In this document: piece after piece, positions 39,922-52,800 of the stretch | How the letters are laid out: each line of letters opens with the position of its first letter | Numbering within the stretch: position 1 is the first letter of the stretch | Assembly (NCBI RefSeq): GCF_963921235.1 | Contig: NC_086097.1 | Location: forward strand, 228,534,001 to 228,598,000 | Direction: 5' to 3' | Length of the DNA: 64,000 bases | DNA from: Mobula hypostoma | Lineage: Eukaryota | The notes under the pieces: model-generated | Told to the model about the DNA's origin: nothing | What the model saw: only the letters and a program-made list of their open reading frames with translations | Databases searched by the model: none | Program-made: the position numbers and the translations under genes

Positions 39922-40558
39922 TGTCACGATCCGGTCCATGAAGTCTGCCTTCCGGTTCACGGTCCGGTCCATTGATCCGTATTCCAGGTTTTCCGGTTTT
40001 CCCTTGTCCTGTTGTGTGTCTTAATTGAGGCACATGATTCTGATTTTGGGCTGGCTACATAAATAGCTCCTTGGTTCAGCTTCATTTGCTAGACTGTTCT
40101 CTCCCCTTCCCCTTCCCTCTGAAGCCTTGCCTTGCCTCGCCTCGCCCGCTGCCTTTGCCTTTGCCTTTGCCTTTGCCTTTGCCTTTGCCTTTGCCTTTGC
40201 CTTTGCCTTTGCCTTTGCCTTTGCCAGTAACACTGTCAGGTTCAACCGCCAGGGCAAGATCAGGGCCTTGCTGTGTCTAGATAAGGAACTGTCTTTCATT
40301 GTTTGGAACTGTCTCTTTGTGTCCTTGCCTTCGCTGGGTAGGTCTGGCCATTTGCCGCTACCTTGAGTTGAGAACTGCCTCTGTGTCCACATCTTCCTAG
40401 CCCAGGCCCATATCCTAGCTTCATCCAGGGCCTGTGTCTTGTCCAGCGTCGTTTCTTCCCCACTTCCCTTGCTTGCTTGACTCACCTAGTCCTCTTCCTA
40501 GTACTTCAGTGTCTGTGTCTTGCATTTGGGCCCGCTCTCAGCACACCCCCATATGACA
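39922..40558 (+). mobile_element. Solo LTR (Gypsy-type)
   Basis: tgtca...tgaca termini; 5-bp TSD tctat / cctat with one mismatch; cataaata TATA-like motif. Confidence 0.85.
40151..40225. repeat. (GCCTTT)12 perfect microsatellite
   Basis: Direct reading; explains the AKAK/AFAF/LPLP ORFs. Confidence 0.97.
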
Positions 40559-40661
40559 CCTATAGCTTGTCTGATCTACAGATGGCTTCAGTCCCACATT
40601 ATAATGCTGATTCTCAGTGCCACTGAGGCAGCTGATAGTGGACAGTAACTATTATTACGTT

Positions 40662-40760
40662 ATACTTAGTAGCTACTTTATTCGGTACACCTGTACAGCT
40701 GCTTGTTAATGCAAGTACCTAATCAACCAATCATGTGGCAGCAACTCAATGCATAAAGCA
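40662..40760 (+). mobile_element. Tc1-like left end, same family as 22431-27349
   Basis: Reverse-complement match to ~27255-27349. Confidence 0.7.
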
Positions 40761-40907
40761 TATTACCACTGTAGTTCACTTAACAAGGGGTAACAACCAT
40801 TGTTGGATTGTTGATCCAGATACAAATCCCACCGCAGCAACTGGAAGTTGTCATTAATAACAAATAATTAAATGAAAATTAAGAGTTTAAAAATAAAATC
40901 TTCTGGT

Positions 40908-41963
40908 TAGAGTTTTTCAGGGAAGTTACCAGGAAAGTTGAAGAAGGCAAGGTAGTGGATGTTGTCTACATGGACTCCAGCAAGCCCTTTGACAAGTTCC
41001 AGAATGGGAGGTTGGTCAAGAAGGTTCATGGTTTGGCATTCAAGATGAGGTAGTAAATTGGATTAGACATTAGCTTCATGGAAGAAGCCAAAAAGTGGTT
41101 TACATGATTGCCTCTCTGACTGGTGTGCCAAAGGGATCAGTGCTGGCTGCATTGCTGTTTGTCATTTATTTCAGTAACCAGGATGATAATGTGGTAAACT
41201 GAATCCACAAATATGCGGAGGACACCAAGACTGCAGATTGGTGGATAGCCAGGAAGGCTATCCTGGCTTGCAGAGGGATCTGGATCAGCTGGAAAAATAG
41301 GTTGAGAAATGGCAGATGGAATATAATGCAGACAAGTGCGAGGTGTTGTACTTCAGTAGGACCAACCAGGGTAAGCCTTACATGGTGAATGGTAGGGCAC
41401 TGAGTGTGGTAGAACAAAGGCATCTGGGAATAGAGGCCCATAATTTGTTGAAAGTGGCATCACAGGTAGACAGGGCTGTAAAGAAAGCTTTTGTCACATT
41501 GGCTCTCATAAATCAACGTATTGAATACAAGAGATGGGCTGTTATGTTGGAGTTGTATAAGACGTTGGTGAGGTCTAATTTGCAGTATTGTGTCCAGCTT
41601 CGGTCACCTACTTACAGGAAAGGTGTAAGTAAGATTGAAAGAGTGCTTGGAAGCAGCCAGGATTTGAGAACTTGAGTTTAGGGAAAGGTTTAATAAATTA
41701 AAACTTTATTTCCTGGAATGTAGAAGATTGAGAGGAGATTTGATAGAGGCATATAAAGTTATGAGGAGTATAGACAGGGTAAATGCAAGCAAACTTTTTC
41801 CAAGCAACACACACCAAATGCTGGAGGAACTCAGCAGGCCAGACAGCATCTATGGAAAAGAATATAATCGACATTTCGGGCCGAGACTCTTCATCAGGAC
41901 CCACTAAGACTTTTTCCACTAAGGTTGGGTGAGAGTACAATTTGAGGTCATGGGTTAAAGGTG
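40908..41963 (+). mobile_element. Decayed CR1 RT/3' fragment with a PLE insert
   Basis: DVVYMDSSKPFDK; ORF 41316-41675. Confidence 0.85.
41803..41908 (-). mobile_element. ~105-bp PLE terminal insert with a hammerhead motif
   Basis: TSD actttttcca 41793-41802 / 41909-41918; minus strand gtc-ctgatga-agagtctcggccc-gaaa-tgtc-gat. Confidence 0.85.
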
Positions 41964-42556
41964 AATCAGAATCAGGTTTACTATTACCTGCATATGTTGT
42001 GAACTTTGGTAACTTAGCAGCATCAGTACGATGCAATGCATGATAAATATAGAAAATAAGTAAATTAGTTTAGCTGTTTCTGAATCACTCAGTGTGTTAC
42101 CTTCTTCCTGATGGTAACAATGAGAAGAGAGCATGTGCTGAGTGATGGGGGTCCTTAATAATCGATGCCCACTCCTTTCTGAGGCGCCACTCCTTGAAGA
42201 TGTCTTGGATACTATGGAGGCTAGTGTCCATAATTGACTAATTTTACAACTTTCTGCAGTTTCTTTCGATCTTGTGCAGTAGACCACCCCCCCCCCGGCC
42301 CCCGCATACCAGACAGTGTCAGAATACTCTCCATGGTACATCTGTAGAAGTTTTTGAGTCTTTTAGTTGACACCACTTTGCTGTACCACCATTCAACTAG
42401 CTGGTATATCTCACTCCTGTAAACCCTCTTGTCTCCATCTGAGATTCTCCCAACAATGGCTGTATCTTCAGCAAATGTATAGATGGCATTTGAGCTAGGC
42501 CTAGCCACACAGTCGTGGATGTAGAGGGAGCAGAGCAGGGGGCTAAGCACACATCC
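41964..42556 (-). mobile_element. Rex1-like fragment
   Basis: ORF 42221-42550 ([22 protein letters not shown]); (attctg) tail. Confidence 0.8.
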
Positions 42557-44655
42557 CTGAAGTTGAAGTAGCTTTCCAGGAATTGAAGCATTGCTTCACA
42601 ATCGCTCCCCTCACTATTCACCCTGACCCAGAGTTACCATTCATCGTTGAAGCAGATACCTCAGGTGTTGGCGTTGGGGCTGTTATTTTGCAAAGACCCC
42701 TGCCTGAACAGAAACTCCACCCCTGTGCTATCTTCTCCCAACGGCTCTCTCCGGTAGAGTGAAATTATAACAGAGGGAATAGAAAGCTGTTTGCGGCCAA
42801 ATTAGCCCTGGATGAGTGGAGAAATTGGCTGTAGGAGACCAGACATCCATTTGTGGTCTGGACCAAACACAAGAACTTGGCCTATATTCGAGAAGCAAAG
42901 TGGTTAAATTCATGCCAGGCTCAGTGGTTTCGTTGTTTAACTGTTTTGAAGAATTAGAAGCCGAACAACCACTCAAAGCAGTTTTAACAACAAGACATGG
43001 TCGCTGTCCCAGAACCCAGCCTCCTGAGTTCCAAGCTGATGGCACTGGTTCAACGAGACATTGAAACCTTTGTAAAGAGAGCACAGCAGCAGGAAGCAGA
43101 CCCAGAGATTGGCCCACCTGTTTGCCTGTCCATCCCTAACTCTGTCCATTCTGGCATGTTACAGTGTGGACGGGACATCTAGGGACTGCTCAAGCAACAG
43201 AGTTCACCTGGAGGTGGCTTTAGTATCCAGGCATGGATGGGGATGTTAAGTCATACATGGTGGACTGTCACATCCACGCCCAGAGCAAGGAACCCAGATC
43301 ACGTCCACAGGGGCTGCTACATCACTGCCCATTCCATCGTGTGCCTGTACCATACCTCCACGGATTTTATTACCAGTTTGCCACCATTACAAGCTAATAC
43401 CGTGATTATAGAGGTGGTGGACCAGCTCTTCAAGGCCTGCCACTTTGTGCCCCTAAACAAGCTTCTCTCTACTCACAAGGTGCCAATCTTATGCTGCAAC
43501 GCGTGTTCATCGTGCACGACTCTCCCTGGACGCCGTTTCTGACCAAGTTCCTCAGCTTACCTCATGGTTCCAGAGAACCTTCTGTCAGATCCTTGGAGCT
43601 ATGGTCAGCCTCTCATTGGGATTTCACCCCCAGACCATGGGTAGATGGAAAGGACCAACCATGAGCTGGAGAAGACCCCGAGGAGTTTCGTGTTGGGCAA
43701 CCCATCACTTGGAGTGATCATCTGCTCTGGGCCACTCATCTAGGAGTATGCCTCCATTAGAGTGTCCGTTGATTATCCATCCCCTCAGTTTTCTGAGCAG
43801 GAGTCCGGAAGCTAGAAGTCCCGTCTGCAGAATGGCTGGTCCGTCATTGCTAGCAGAAGTTGGAAGAAAGCTCGGGCAGCCCTGCTGAAGACTCCCTGCA
43901 GCAACAGCGGCATGCCAACAGTCGAAGGCAGCAGGGACCTTCATTCCATCTTGGTCAAAGAGTCTGGTTCGTCACCAAAGACCTTCTTCTGCAGGTTGAG
44001 TCTCAGAATCTGGAGCCACGCTACAATGGACCATTCAAGGCTCTCCGTCAGATCGACCCAGTAACTTACTGTCTACAGTTACCACAGGTCACGCGTATCA
44101 ACCCCACCTTCCATTTCTAAAGATCCTTCTATGTTGTCTGCTGGTGCCAGTCTCAGGTCGCACACCACCCTAGCCCCTCGCATCATCGACATTCAGCCAG
44201 CGCACATCATCCATCAGCTTCTGGGCTCCTGTCTGGTTCATGGTCAACTCCAGTACTTGGTGGATTGGCACGGTTACGGCAAAGGAAAGGTTTTGGGTTC
44301 CCCCCACCATACTGGACGTGGGGCGGTGGGGGGAGGGTCCTGTCCGGCTCGATCTGGTCATCAGAGGGTGTCTGAGTCCGCCAGGCTCTCACACTCCTCC
44401 TCCCCAATTATTAGTTGGCTATTTTCACCTGTGTTTTGTTTTAGTTATCAGTGCAACTTATCAGTGCCTTGTTTTCGCTCTCTATTTAAGTTCCCTCTGT
44501 TTTGTTTTTCATTGCTTGGTCTTGAGTTTATCAATCCTGTGTGCAGTGATTCTCAGGTGTTCACAAATCCACAAGTAAAGATTCTTTCTTCAATTCCACC
44601 CTCGTCTCTGGTCTCCTCTGCACTAGGGTCCACCTCGTCTACGTCTCTCCTGGTA
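42557..44655 (+). mobile_element. Decayed chromodomain Gypsy (sushi-like) pol 3' half, PPT and 3' LTR
   Basis: RNase [17 protein letters not shown]; integrase DFITSLP..VVDQLFKACHFVPL; GPF motif; chromodomain LQYLVDWHGYG; purine tract followed by TG at 44341. Confidence 0.9.
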
Positions 44656-44788
44656 GTCCACCGGTTCAAAGGTATGGAACTTCACCATAACACCCCAGTT
44701 CAAACCCAGCTTGGTAACCACCTTCGTTACAATGGCTTGTTGACAATCACATTTAGCTCACTGATAAATTAGCTTGGTCCAGCATATA

Positions 44789-45354
44789 CAGTACTGTGCA
44801 AAAGTCAAAGGCACTTATATATAACTAGGGTGTCTAAGACTTTTGCTCAGTACTATAGTAATTTTATGTATTGCATCGTAAAGCTGCCACAAAAAAATAT
44901 TTCATGACATATGTGAGTAATGATCAACCTAATTCTGATATGGATCTCCACTGTGGACTGAGAGTGGGAACGGGGCAGGGAGAGGGGAATCATGGCTGGG
45001 AAAAGAGAGCGGGAGAAGGGAGGGAGTGGGAAGCACCAGAGAGACATTTTTAAATTATCAATAAACCAGTTATTTTGAATCGACTTACCTTGCCTGCTGT
45101 CTCGGGGCTGGATGCGTCCACAATCATGCCAACCCCCAACCCCACCCGCCCACCCCCACCTCTGGCACTCCTTTTTTGCCACATATTCCACACCTGTTTT
45201 GCAGGGCTCCAGCCTTGCCAGTCCCAACATCCATTACCTCTGCCAGATTTAGAAACATTCTCCGTTCCTCATTGACGAACAGTATTGTGCAATAGTCTTA
45301 GGCTCCCTAGCTATATACCGTATATGTGCCTGAGAATTTTTACATTTTATACTG
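44789..45354. mobile_element. Tc1-like non-autonomous element with self-palindromic TIRs
   Basis: TA-flanked; 44789-44855 and 45280-45354 are inverted copies of each other, each itself an inverted repeat of cagtactgtgcaaaagtc. Confidence 0.7.
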
Positions 45355-45919
45355 TATGTGACTTCAGATCCACCATTGTGGCCAACTTTCACATGTCTGC
45401 TCCATTCAGAAGCAATGAGGAACAATTACCTTCCATGTAATGTCTTCCTCCCCTAAACAAATAAAGAATTTCTCACATTAAGATACCACAAATGCCCTTA
45501 ATAGTTGCATCTGCATTCAAACTGCGTGAGATGTACATTAACAGGGCCAAAGGTGATTGGGGGTTCTATAATATGCCTTTAGCATGACTTTGGAAAAACA
45601 TCTGCAATTCTGATTAACTTTTCTCTAGTCACTTGATGTTGGATTATGTATTGTTATAATTTCAGATTGAAGTAGCAGATGATGGAATTCATGAACACAT
45701 AAGGCGAGAGCAGGAGATCTATTCACATTATCAATAAATACAGGTAGAAAGTTTAAAATAATGGATGGATATTGTCTCCAATACCATCAGTGGACTTCTG
45801 GGAGAGGATACTGCAGCTTGGAAGCCGGATAACCAATTTAAGAACAGCTTATTCCCAACTGTTATCAGGACTTCAGAACCAATCGCTTCTTTCACATTCC
45901 TTTTCCAGTATTACTGTCA

Positions 45920-46263
45920 TGCTTCCAGGATGCTGCATCAGCAAGTTTGCGGCACTGCAAATTCATGGCAGGGAGAGTTTTCTTCCTTCCACCGTCTGCT
46001 TGAGATGATGGGACTTTCGAGAGACTTTGAGACTTTTTTTTTGTCATACCCATGGTCTGTTCTTCATCAAATTACGGTATTGCTTGCACTGTTGTAACTA
46101 TATGTTATAATTATGTGGTTTTTGTCAGTTTTTCAGTCTTGGTCTGTCTTGTGTTTCTGTGATATCACACTGGAGGAACATTGTATCATTTCTTAATGCA
46201 TTATTACTAAATGACAATGAAAGAGGACTGCGTGTCCTCATAATCTAATCTAATCTAATCTAA
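45920..46263 (+). mobile_element. 5'-truncated copy of the 32297-32955 element
   Basis: Collinear similarity; (aatct)n tail. Confidence 0.8.
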
Positions 46264-46274
46264 TATTCTCGGTC

Positions 46275-46860
46275 TCTTCTGGTCTCACCTATCATCTGCC
46301 AGCTTCTACTCCTTCCCAGCTCCCCCCACACACACATTCTTAATCTTCCTTTTGCACCCTTCCTTTCCAGCCTTAAGGGAGGATTTCAGCCTGAAACATC
46401 AACTGTTTATTCCTCTCGTAGATGCTGCCTGACTTGCTGAACTCCACCAGCACTTTGTATGCATTTGCTTGGATTCTTCTATCCATTTTAGTTATTCCAA
46501 TACTGTTGCTGTAGTAACGCACATAAAATGCCAGAGGAACTCAACAGGTCATACAGTATCTATGGAAATGAACAAACAGTCAATATTGCAAGCTGAGACC
46601 TTTCTTCAGGGCTGGCAAGGAAGGGGAGATATGGCAGAATAAAAAGGTGGGGGGGGGGGAAGGAGGATTGCTAGATGGCGATAGCTGAAACCAGGTGGGT
46701 GGGAAATGTGAAGGGCTGGAGAGGAAGGAATCTGATAGGAGAGGAGAGTGGACCATAGGAGAAAGGAAAGAAGGAGGGGCACCATGGGGAGGTGATAGGC
46801 AGATGAGAAGAGATAAAAGACCAGAGTGGGGAATAGAAGAAGAGGGGAGGGGAAGGTAAA
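46275..46860. mobile_element. Two PLE 3' terminal fragments, tail to tail
   Basis: + copy ~46275-46470 and - copy ~46515-46860; both have decayed hammerhead cores. Confidence 0.7.
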
Positions 46861-48239
46861 ATTTTGCTACTTTAGTATTCCGTTGCATCATTCTGTTGTT
46901 TTGCATCCATTGTTGAATTTATTGTTTTATTTGTTATTCCCAGTGTACGAGCTAGGACATTAAACTAATCTGAATATAGTGCCAAGCTACCTTGACGTCT
47001 GCATGTTAGATACTTGCCCATTAGAAAATGGTTGCCATCAACTAATTCCAATCATGTGCACTCCATTTGTTCTAACAGGATTGTGGGAATAGGACCAAGA
47101 AGTACGAGCATAGTAAAACAGAGGGTGTAAAAACTTGATAATCCATTACCAAGTTGTTTGGACGTCCTAGTGATTTTGTATCTGGTCACTGGGTGCTGTT
47201 TCCCTTGCTCTCTCTAACAAACTAGGCCCCTAGTTTCAGTGCACCCTAGCATACCAGGGCCCTGTTCTCATGCTCCTTTCAAGTTCAAAACTTTCCAAAA
47301 GGAAAGCCTGTACTAAGTATTACTTACTGCAATGCTAACTGATTTTAAAATATTAAGTAGACTGGAACAAAAACAATTCTCCGATTGAAAGAAGGATAAT
47401 TACAAATGGCAAGACATAAGCAACAGTGATTCGACTCAAAAATTATTGAAACTGTCCCAGAAATACTTAGACATGAACAGTAGGAGAGCTACAGACAAAA
47501 TAAATACAAGGGAATTTGCCAAAGCTTTCAAGCATATAACACTATCGTATCACAGAGCGGTCTGGGCAACGGTCCAGAACCAAGCACACGGCAGATGAGA
47601 GCGTAGGAGATTAAATGCTAGGAAATATAAACATCCAAAATGAAAAGGTGCCCTTTTTAATTAACCTACTTGATCGTTCTCCCTTTGTAAAATTTACAAC
47701 TCCACCATTGTGGGATATCCTTTGAGAGAGTACAAGAGGGATGAAAAGAGGAAAAATTATCTCAGTATCTTCTTTAATCGCTGTCTAAGAAATGGGAAGT
47801 CATTGGTAATTTATCCTGTCAAAAAGTAACTTCATTCATGAAACAATTTGGAGAGCCAACCCATACCCTCACCGTTACCTTCTTGTAAACGGACTTTTTC
47901 TGGAACATTCCTTGGCCCTACATAACCTGCCAGCTTAATCTTATGAGACCATCAAAGGAACAGGTATTGTCCATGAGTTATACATGACACTGACGTTACA
48001 TTCTGTCCTTAACAATGAAAAATGAAGCACAATGTTCAACGATTAACCACCATCTGTGTACATTATTTTGGCATAAAGACCTCAAATTAATTGTGTTAAC
48101 AAACTGTTTGTCCAGATCTGACCCCTAACAGATTGGAGTCATTGAGCAGTGGTGCCCTTGAATAGCAGGATTATTGTAGGTCTTCTAGTATCACATCTGC
48201 CCTGTGAAATGGGTGTTCCTATAATAAGGGACATCCTCA

Positions 48240-49080
48240 TCTAACACATCCTCCTGTGATCTAGGGAGTGACAATGCATCGCCATCTTCTGCTCAGATTA
48301 ACACATTCTGTGCACAATTTGAACAGAAGGGAATGGGTATGTCACCACTCACCCTAATAAACTCCAGAGCACCTGAATCTACAGTCACCGTCACAGACAT
48401 AAGGCCAGTCTTCCAGAGGGTGTACCCAGAGAAAGCATTATGCCCAGATGGTGTCCCCGTCTGTGTCTATATATCCTGTGCAGATCACTGGCAAGGTGCA
48501 TTTGCAGACATTGTTAAACTCTCCCCAATTCTGCCTGTTGGTTCCTTCCTGCTTTAAGGAGACCACTGCCAACTTGGTACTTAAGAAAAACAAGATAACT
48601 TGCTTTAATGACTACTGCCCAATGCTTTACAGCTACCAACATGAAGTGCTTAGAGAGGCTGGTCTTGTCACGCATCCACTCCAGCTTTTCAGATAACCTC
48701 AACCCATTGCAATTTGCCTTCCAGCAAAACAGCTCTACTCCAAATGCCCTCTCCCTGGCTCGACACTCTGGAGCATCTAGACAGAAAAGACACCTCCTAC
48801 TTCAGACTCTTGTTTACTGACTACAGTTCTGTCTTCAATACTATTATTCCAAGCAAACTTATCACCAAACTCTGGACTCTGGCAGTTAAAGCCTCTCTCT
48901 ACAACTGTATCCTAGTATTTCCAACAGACTGCAATCAGTAAAAATAGGTTACACTACCTCCGCCATGATTATCCTAAACACTGCTGCTCCACAAAGATGC
49001 ATTTTCAGCCTGCTACTCTACTCTCTGTACACTCAGAACTCTGCTCGAACTTCAGGTTTGTAGATGATGCCACTACAATG
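48240..49080 (+). mobile_element. Decayed Rex1-like RT fragment
   Basis: PDGVP, MKCLERLVL, LNPLQFAF, RLLFTDYSSVFNTIIPSKL, FVDDAT. Confidence 0.85.
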
Positions 49081-49169
49081 TTCCTTTTGGTGATTTTCTT
49101 GGACATACGGTGTTAAATTTCTCATTTTGTACATGTTCTTCATGTCCATGCTTATCCCTGGCCAGTGGA

Positions 49170-49325
49170 TTTTTTCTTTCTTTCTCTCTCCCTTCTCCCC
49201 CTCTCTCCTCTCCTCCTCTCTCCTCTTCTTTCTCCCCCTCTCCCCTCTCTTTCCTCTCCTCATACATTATCTCCCTCCGCCTCTTTTTCCTCCCTCTCTC
49301 TCCTCCCTCTCTCTCTCTCCCTTCG
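49170..49325. repeat. CT-rich low-complexity tract
   Basis: Near-pure polypyrimidine sequence. Confidence 0.9.
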
Positions 49326-49896
49326 CCTACATCAATAGCCAAGGGAATGAAACATATTCGGACATATTTATTATCTGTAGCTCAGTATTGGTATCCCTTG
49401 CATACTTTGATAACTTTGGCCATATGTACCTATCTTTGCCCGGTGAATCCTGAATCCTGTAAACTTCCGTCATCACAGACCTTCTCTGCAATCCCTGTGA
49501 TGCTCAATGGAGGGGTTTAACAGAGCAACGATCTCCAGTGGCTCGTGACAGTTGTTTCATAGTGTCTTGCAGCATAGAAATGGACCCTTCAGTCCGATGG
49601 TTCATTCTCACCCAGGTTCCCAGCCCTCATGTTCCAAAGTCATTTCAATTTCCTCTTTTGATTCAGCATATTTCTCCTGTTTTTCACTTATTATGTGTGT
49701 TTGGAATGGCTATATCTATTAAATAAGTTGTTCTTCCTTGTTTATCCTGTATCATTACATCTGGACGGTTATTATGGATTGTCCTATCTGTAACAACTAA
49801 TCAGTCAGAAAATAATTTGTGGTATTCTGACTCTAAAACTGGATCAGGCTTATATTTATAGTGAGGTAACTCATTTATGAGTTTGTATTTTAACGT

Positions 49897-52800
49897 AGAA
49901 CATAGAACATAGAGTAGTACAGCACAGTACAGGCCCTTCAGTCCTCAATGTTGTGCCGACCCTCAAACCCTGCCTCCCATATAAGCTCCCACCTTAAATT
50001 CCTCCATATACCTGTCTAGTAGTCTCTTAAACTTCACTAGTGTATCTGCCTCCACCATGACTCAGGTAGTGCATTCCACGCACCAACCACTCTCTGAGTA
50101 AAAAACCTTCCTCTAATATCCCCCTTGAACTTCCCACCCCTTACCTTAAAGCCATGTCCTCTTGTATTGAGCAGTGGTGCCCTGGGGAAGAGGCGCTGGC
50201 TATCCACTCTATCTATTCCTCTTATTATCTTGTACACCTCTATCATGTCTCCTCTCATCCTCCTTCTCTCCAAAGAATAAAGCCCTAGCTCCCTTAATCT
50301 CTGATCATAAAGCATACTCTCTAAACCAGGCAGCATCCTGGTAAATCTTCTCTGTACCCTTTCCAATGCTTCCACATCCTTCCTATATAGAGGCGACCAG
50401 AACTGGACACAGTACTCCAAGTGTGGTCTGTTACGTACCCCGTAACTGGGTTGCCAAACCAGCAGAAATGGATCACTCAGTTGGAGTCTGGAGTACTAGA
50501 ACTAAGAAAGTTTTATTAAAGAAACAAGCAACACAGTAATCGAAAGGATAATAAATGCAACAATTCAACAATGATAACCACACATGTGCACAGAATTAAG
50601 ATAACAGCATCAATCAAGCTCTATCGTTGTCTAGGGGTAAATGACCAATTTCAAAATGACTCAAAGTTCAGTCCAGTTTGTAGTTCAGTTCGCAGTAATC
50701 GTTGTCATGGCGATGGACAAGGTGGGGAAGAGAGACATAGAATAGGAACAACTCATCATTCAGCACAGCTTCACTCACAGACCAGCGAGATGGCTCACAA
50801 ACAGCATTTGGGCGGGTCCTTGGTGATGTCACCTGAGGTCACCGACTGTGACCCCTCCTCCAGATGCGGTCGATCCTCTGCAGTGAACCCGGCACCCAGG
50901 CAAGGGCGGACACACACCGGGTTCCCGCTGATCGTACCTTTCCACCCTTGTCGTTGTCTGGCACTTCTCACCCACTCGTGAGAAGCGCACCGCTTCCAGG
51001 GTCTCGTTACCTCGGGTGGCGTGTGTGTCTGTCTTAGCGAACCTGTCCCTTTTTATCCCCCTGCTGGGGTATCGCCTGTCCATCACTTCAAACAGTTCAG
51101 GGTTCAAAGGGGGGAGCCGCTCCAGACAGCTCTTCCTCCCACATCCCTTCATTACACATCTCCAGACGCTGCTCCATTGTTCCTTATCTCTCCTTCCCCT
51201 GAGGGCAGGTGGCAGACCAACTGCTGATGCCACTGATGCTAGCCCAGGCCAGCAAACATCTTAATTTTATGTGTATTCTCGTAACAGGTCTAACCAGAGT
51301 TTTACAGAGCTGCATCATTACATCGCGACTCTTAAATGCTATCCCTCAACTTATGAAAGCTGACACCCCATAAGCTTTCTTAACTACCCTATCTACCAGT
51401 GAGGCAACTTTCAGGGATCTGTGGACATGTACCCCCAGATCCCTCTGCTCCTCCACACTACCAAGTATCCTGCCATTTACTTTGTACTCTGCCTTGGAGT
51501 TTGTCCTTCCAAAGTGTACCACCTCACACTTCTCCGGGTTGAACTCCATCTGCCACTTCTCAGCCCACTTCTGCATCCTATCAATGTCTCTCTGCAATCT
51601 TTGACAGTCCTCTACACTATCTACAACACCTCCAACCTTTGTATCGTCTGCAAACTTGCCAACCCACCCTTCTACCCCCACATCCAGGTTGTTAATAAAA
51701 ATCACGAAAAGTAGAGGTCCCAGAACAGATCCTTGTGAGACACCACTAGTCACAATCCTCCAATCTGAATGTACTCCCTCCACCACGGCCCTCTGCCTTC
51801 TGCAGGCAAGACAATTCTGAATCCACCTGGCCAAACTTCCCTGGATCCCATGCCTTCTGACTTTCTGAATAAGCCTACCATGTGGAACCTTGTCAAATGC
51901 CCTACTAAAATCCATATAGATCACATCCACTGCACTACCCTCATCTATATGCCTGGTCACCTCCTCAGAGAACTCTATCAGGCTTGTTAGACACCATCTG
52001 CCCTTCACAAAGCCATGCTGACTGTCTAAATGCCCAGAGATCCTATCTCTAAGCATCTTTTCCAACAGCTTTCCCACCTCTGACTTAAGGCTCACTGGTC
52101 TATAATTACCCGGACTATCCCTACTACTTTTTTTGAACAAGGGTACAACATTCGCCTCCCTCCAATCCTCCAGTACCATTCCCATGGACAACGAGGACAT
52201 AAAGATCCTAGCCAGCAATCTCTTCCCTCACCTTGTGGAGCAGCCTGGGGAATATTCCGTCAGGCCCCGGGGACTTATCTGTCCTAATGTATTTTAACAA
52301 CTCCAACACCACCTCTCCCTTAATATCAACATGCTCCAGAACATCAACCTCACTCATATTGTCCTCACCATCATCAAGTTCCCTCTCATTGGTGAATACC
52401 GAAGAGAAGTATTCATTGAGGACCTCGCTCACTTCCACAGCCTCCAGGCACATCTTCCCACCTTTATCTCTAATCGGTCCTACCTTCACTCGTGTCATCC
52501 TTTTGTTCTTCACATAATAAAAGAATGCCTTGGGGTTTTCCTTTACCCTACTCACCAAGGCCTTCTCATGCCCCCTTCTTGCTCTCCTCAGCCCCTTGCT
52601 AAGCTCCTTTCTTGCTTCCTTATATTCCTCAATAGACCCATCTAATCCTTGCTTCCTAAACCTCATGTATGCTGCCTTCTTCCACCTGACTAGATTTTCC
52701 ATCTCATTTGACACCCATGGTTCCTTCACCCTACTATTCTTTATCTTCCTCGCCGGGACAAATTTATCCCTAACATCCTGCAAGAGATCTCTAAACATCA

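Noticed and set aside
40021..40485. AK/AF/LP dipeptide-repeat ORFs
   Set aside because: Artefact of the (GCCTTT)12 microsatellite in an LTR
45667..45750. Possible exon bounded by tttcag and CAG|gtag
   Set aside because: Stop codons in all three frames
49033..49520. R/E/G- and S/L/P-rich ORFs
   Set aside because: Translations of a CT-rich low-complexity tract
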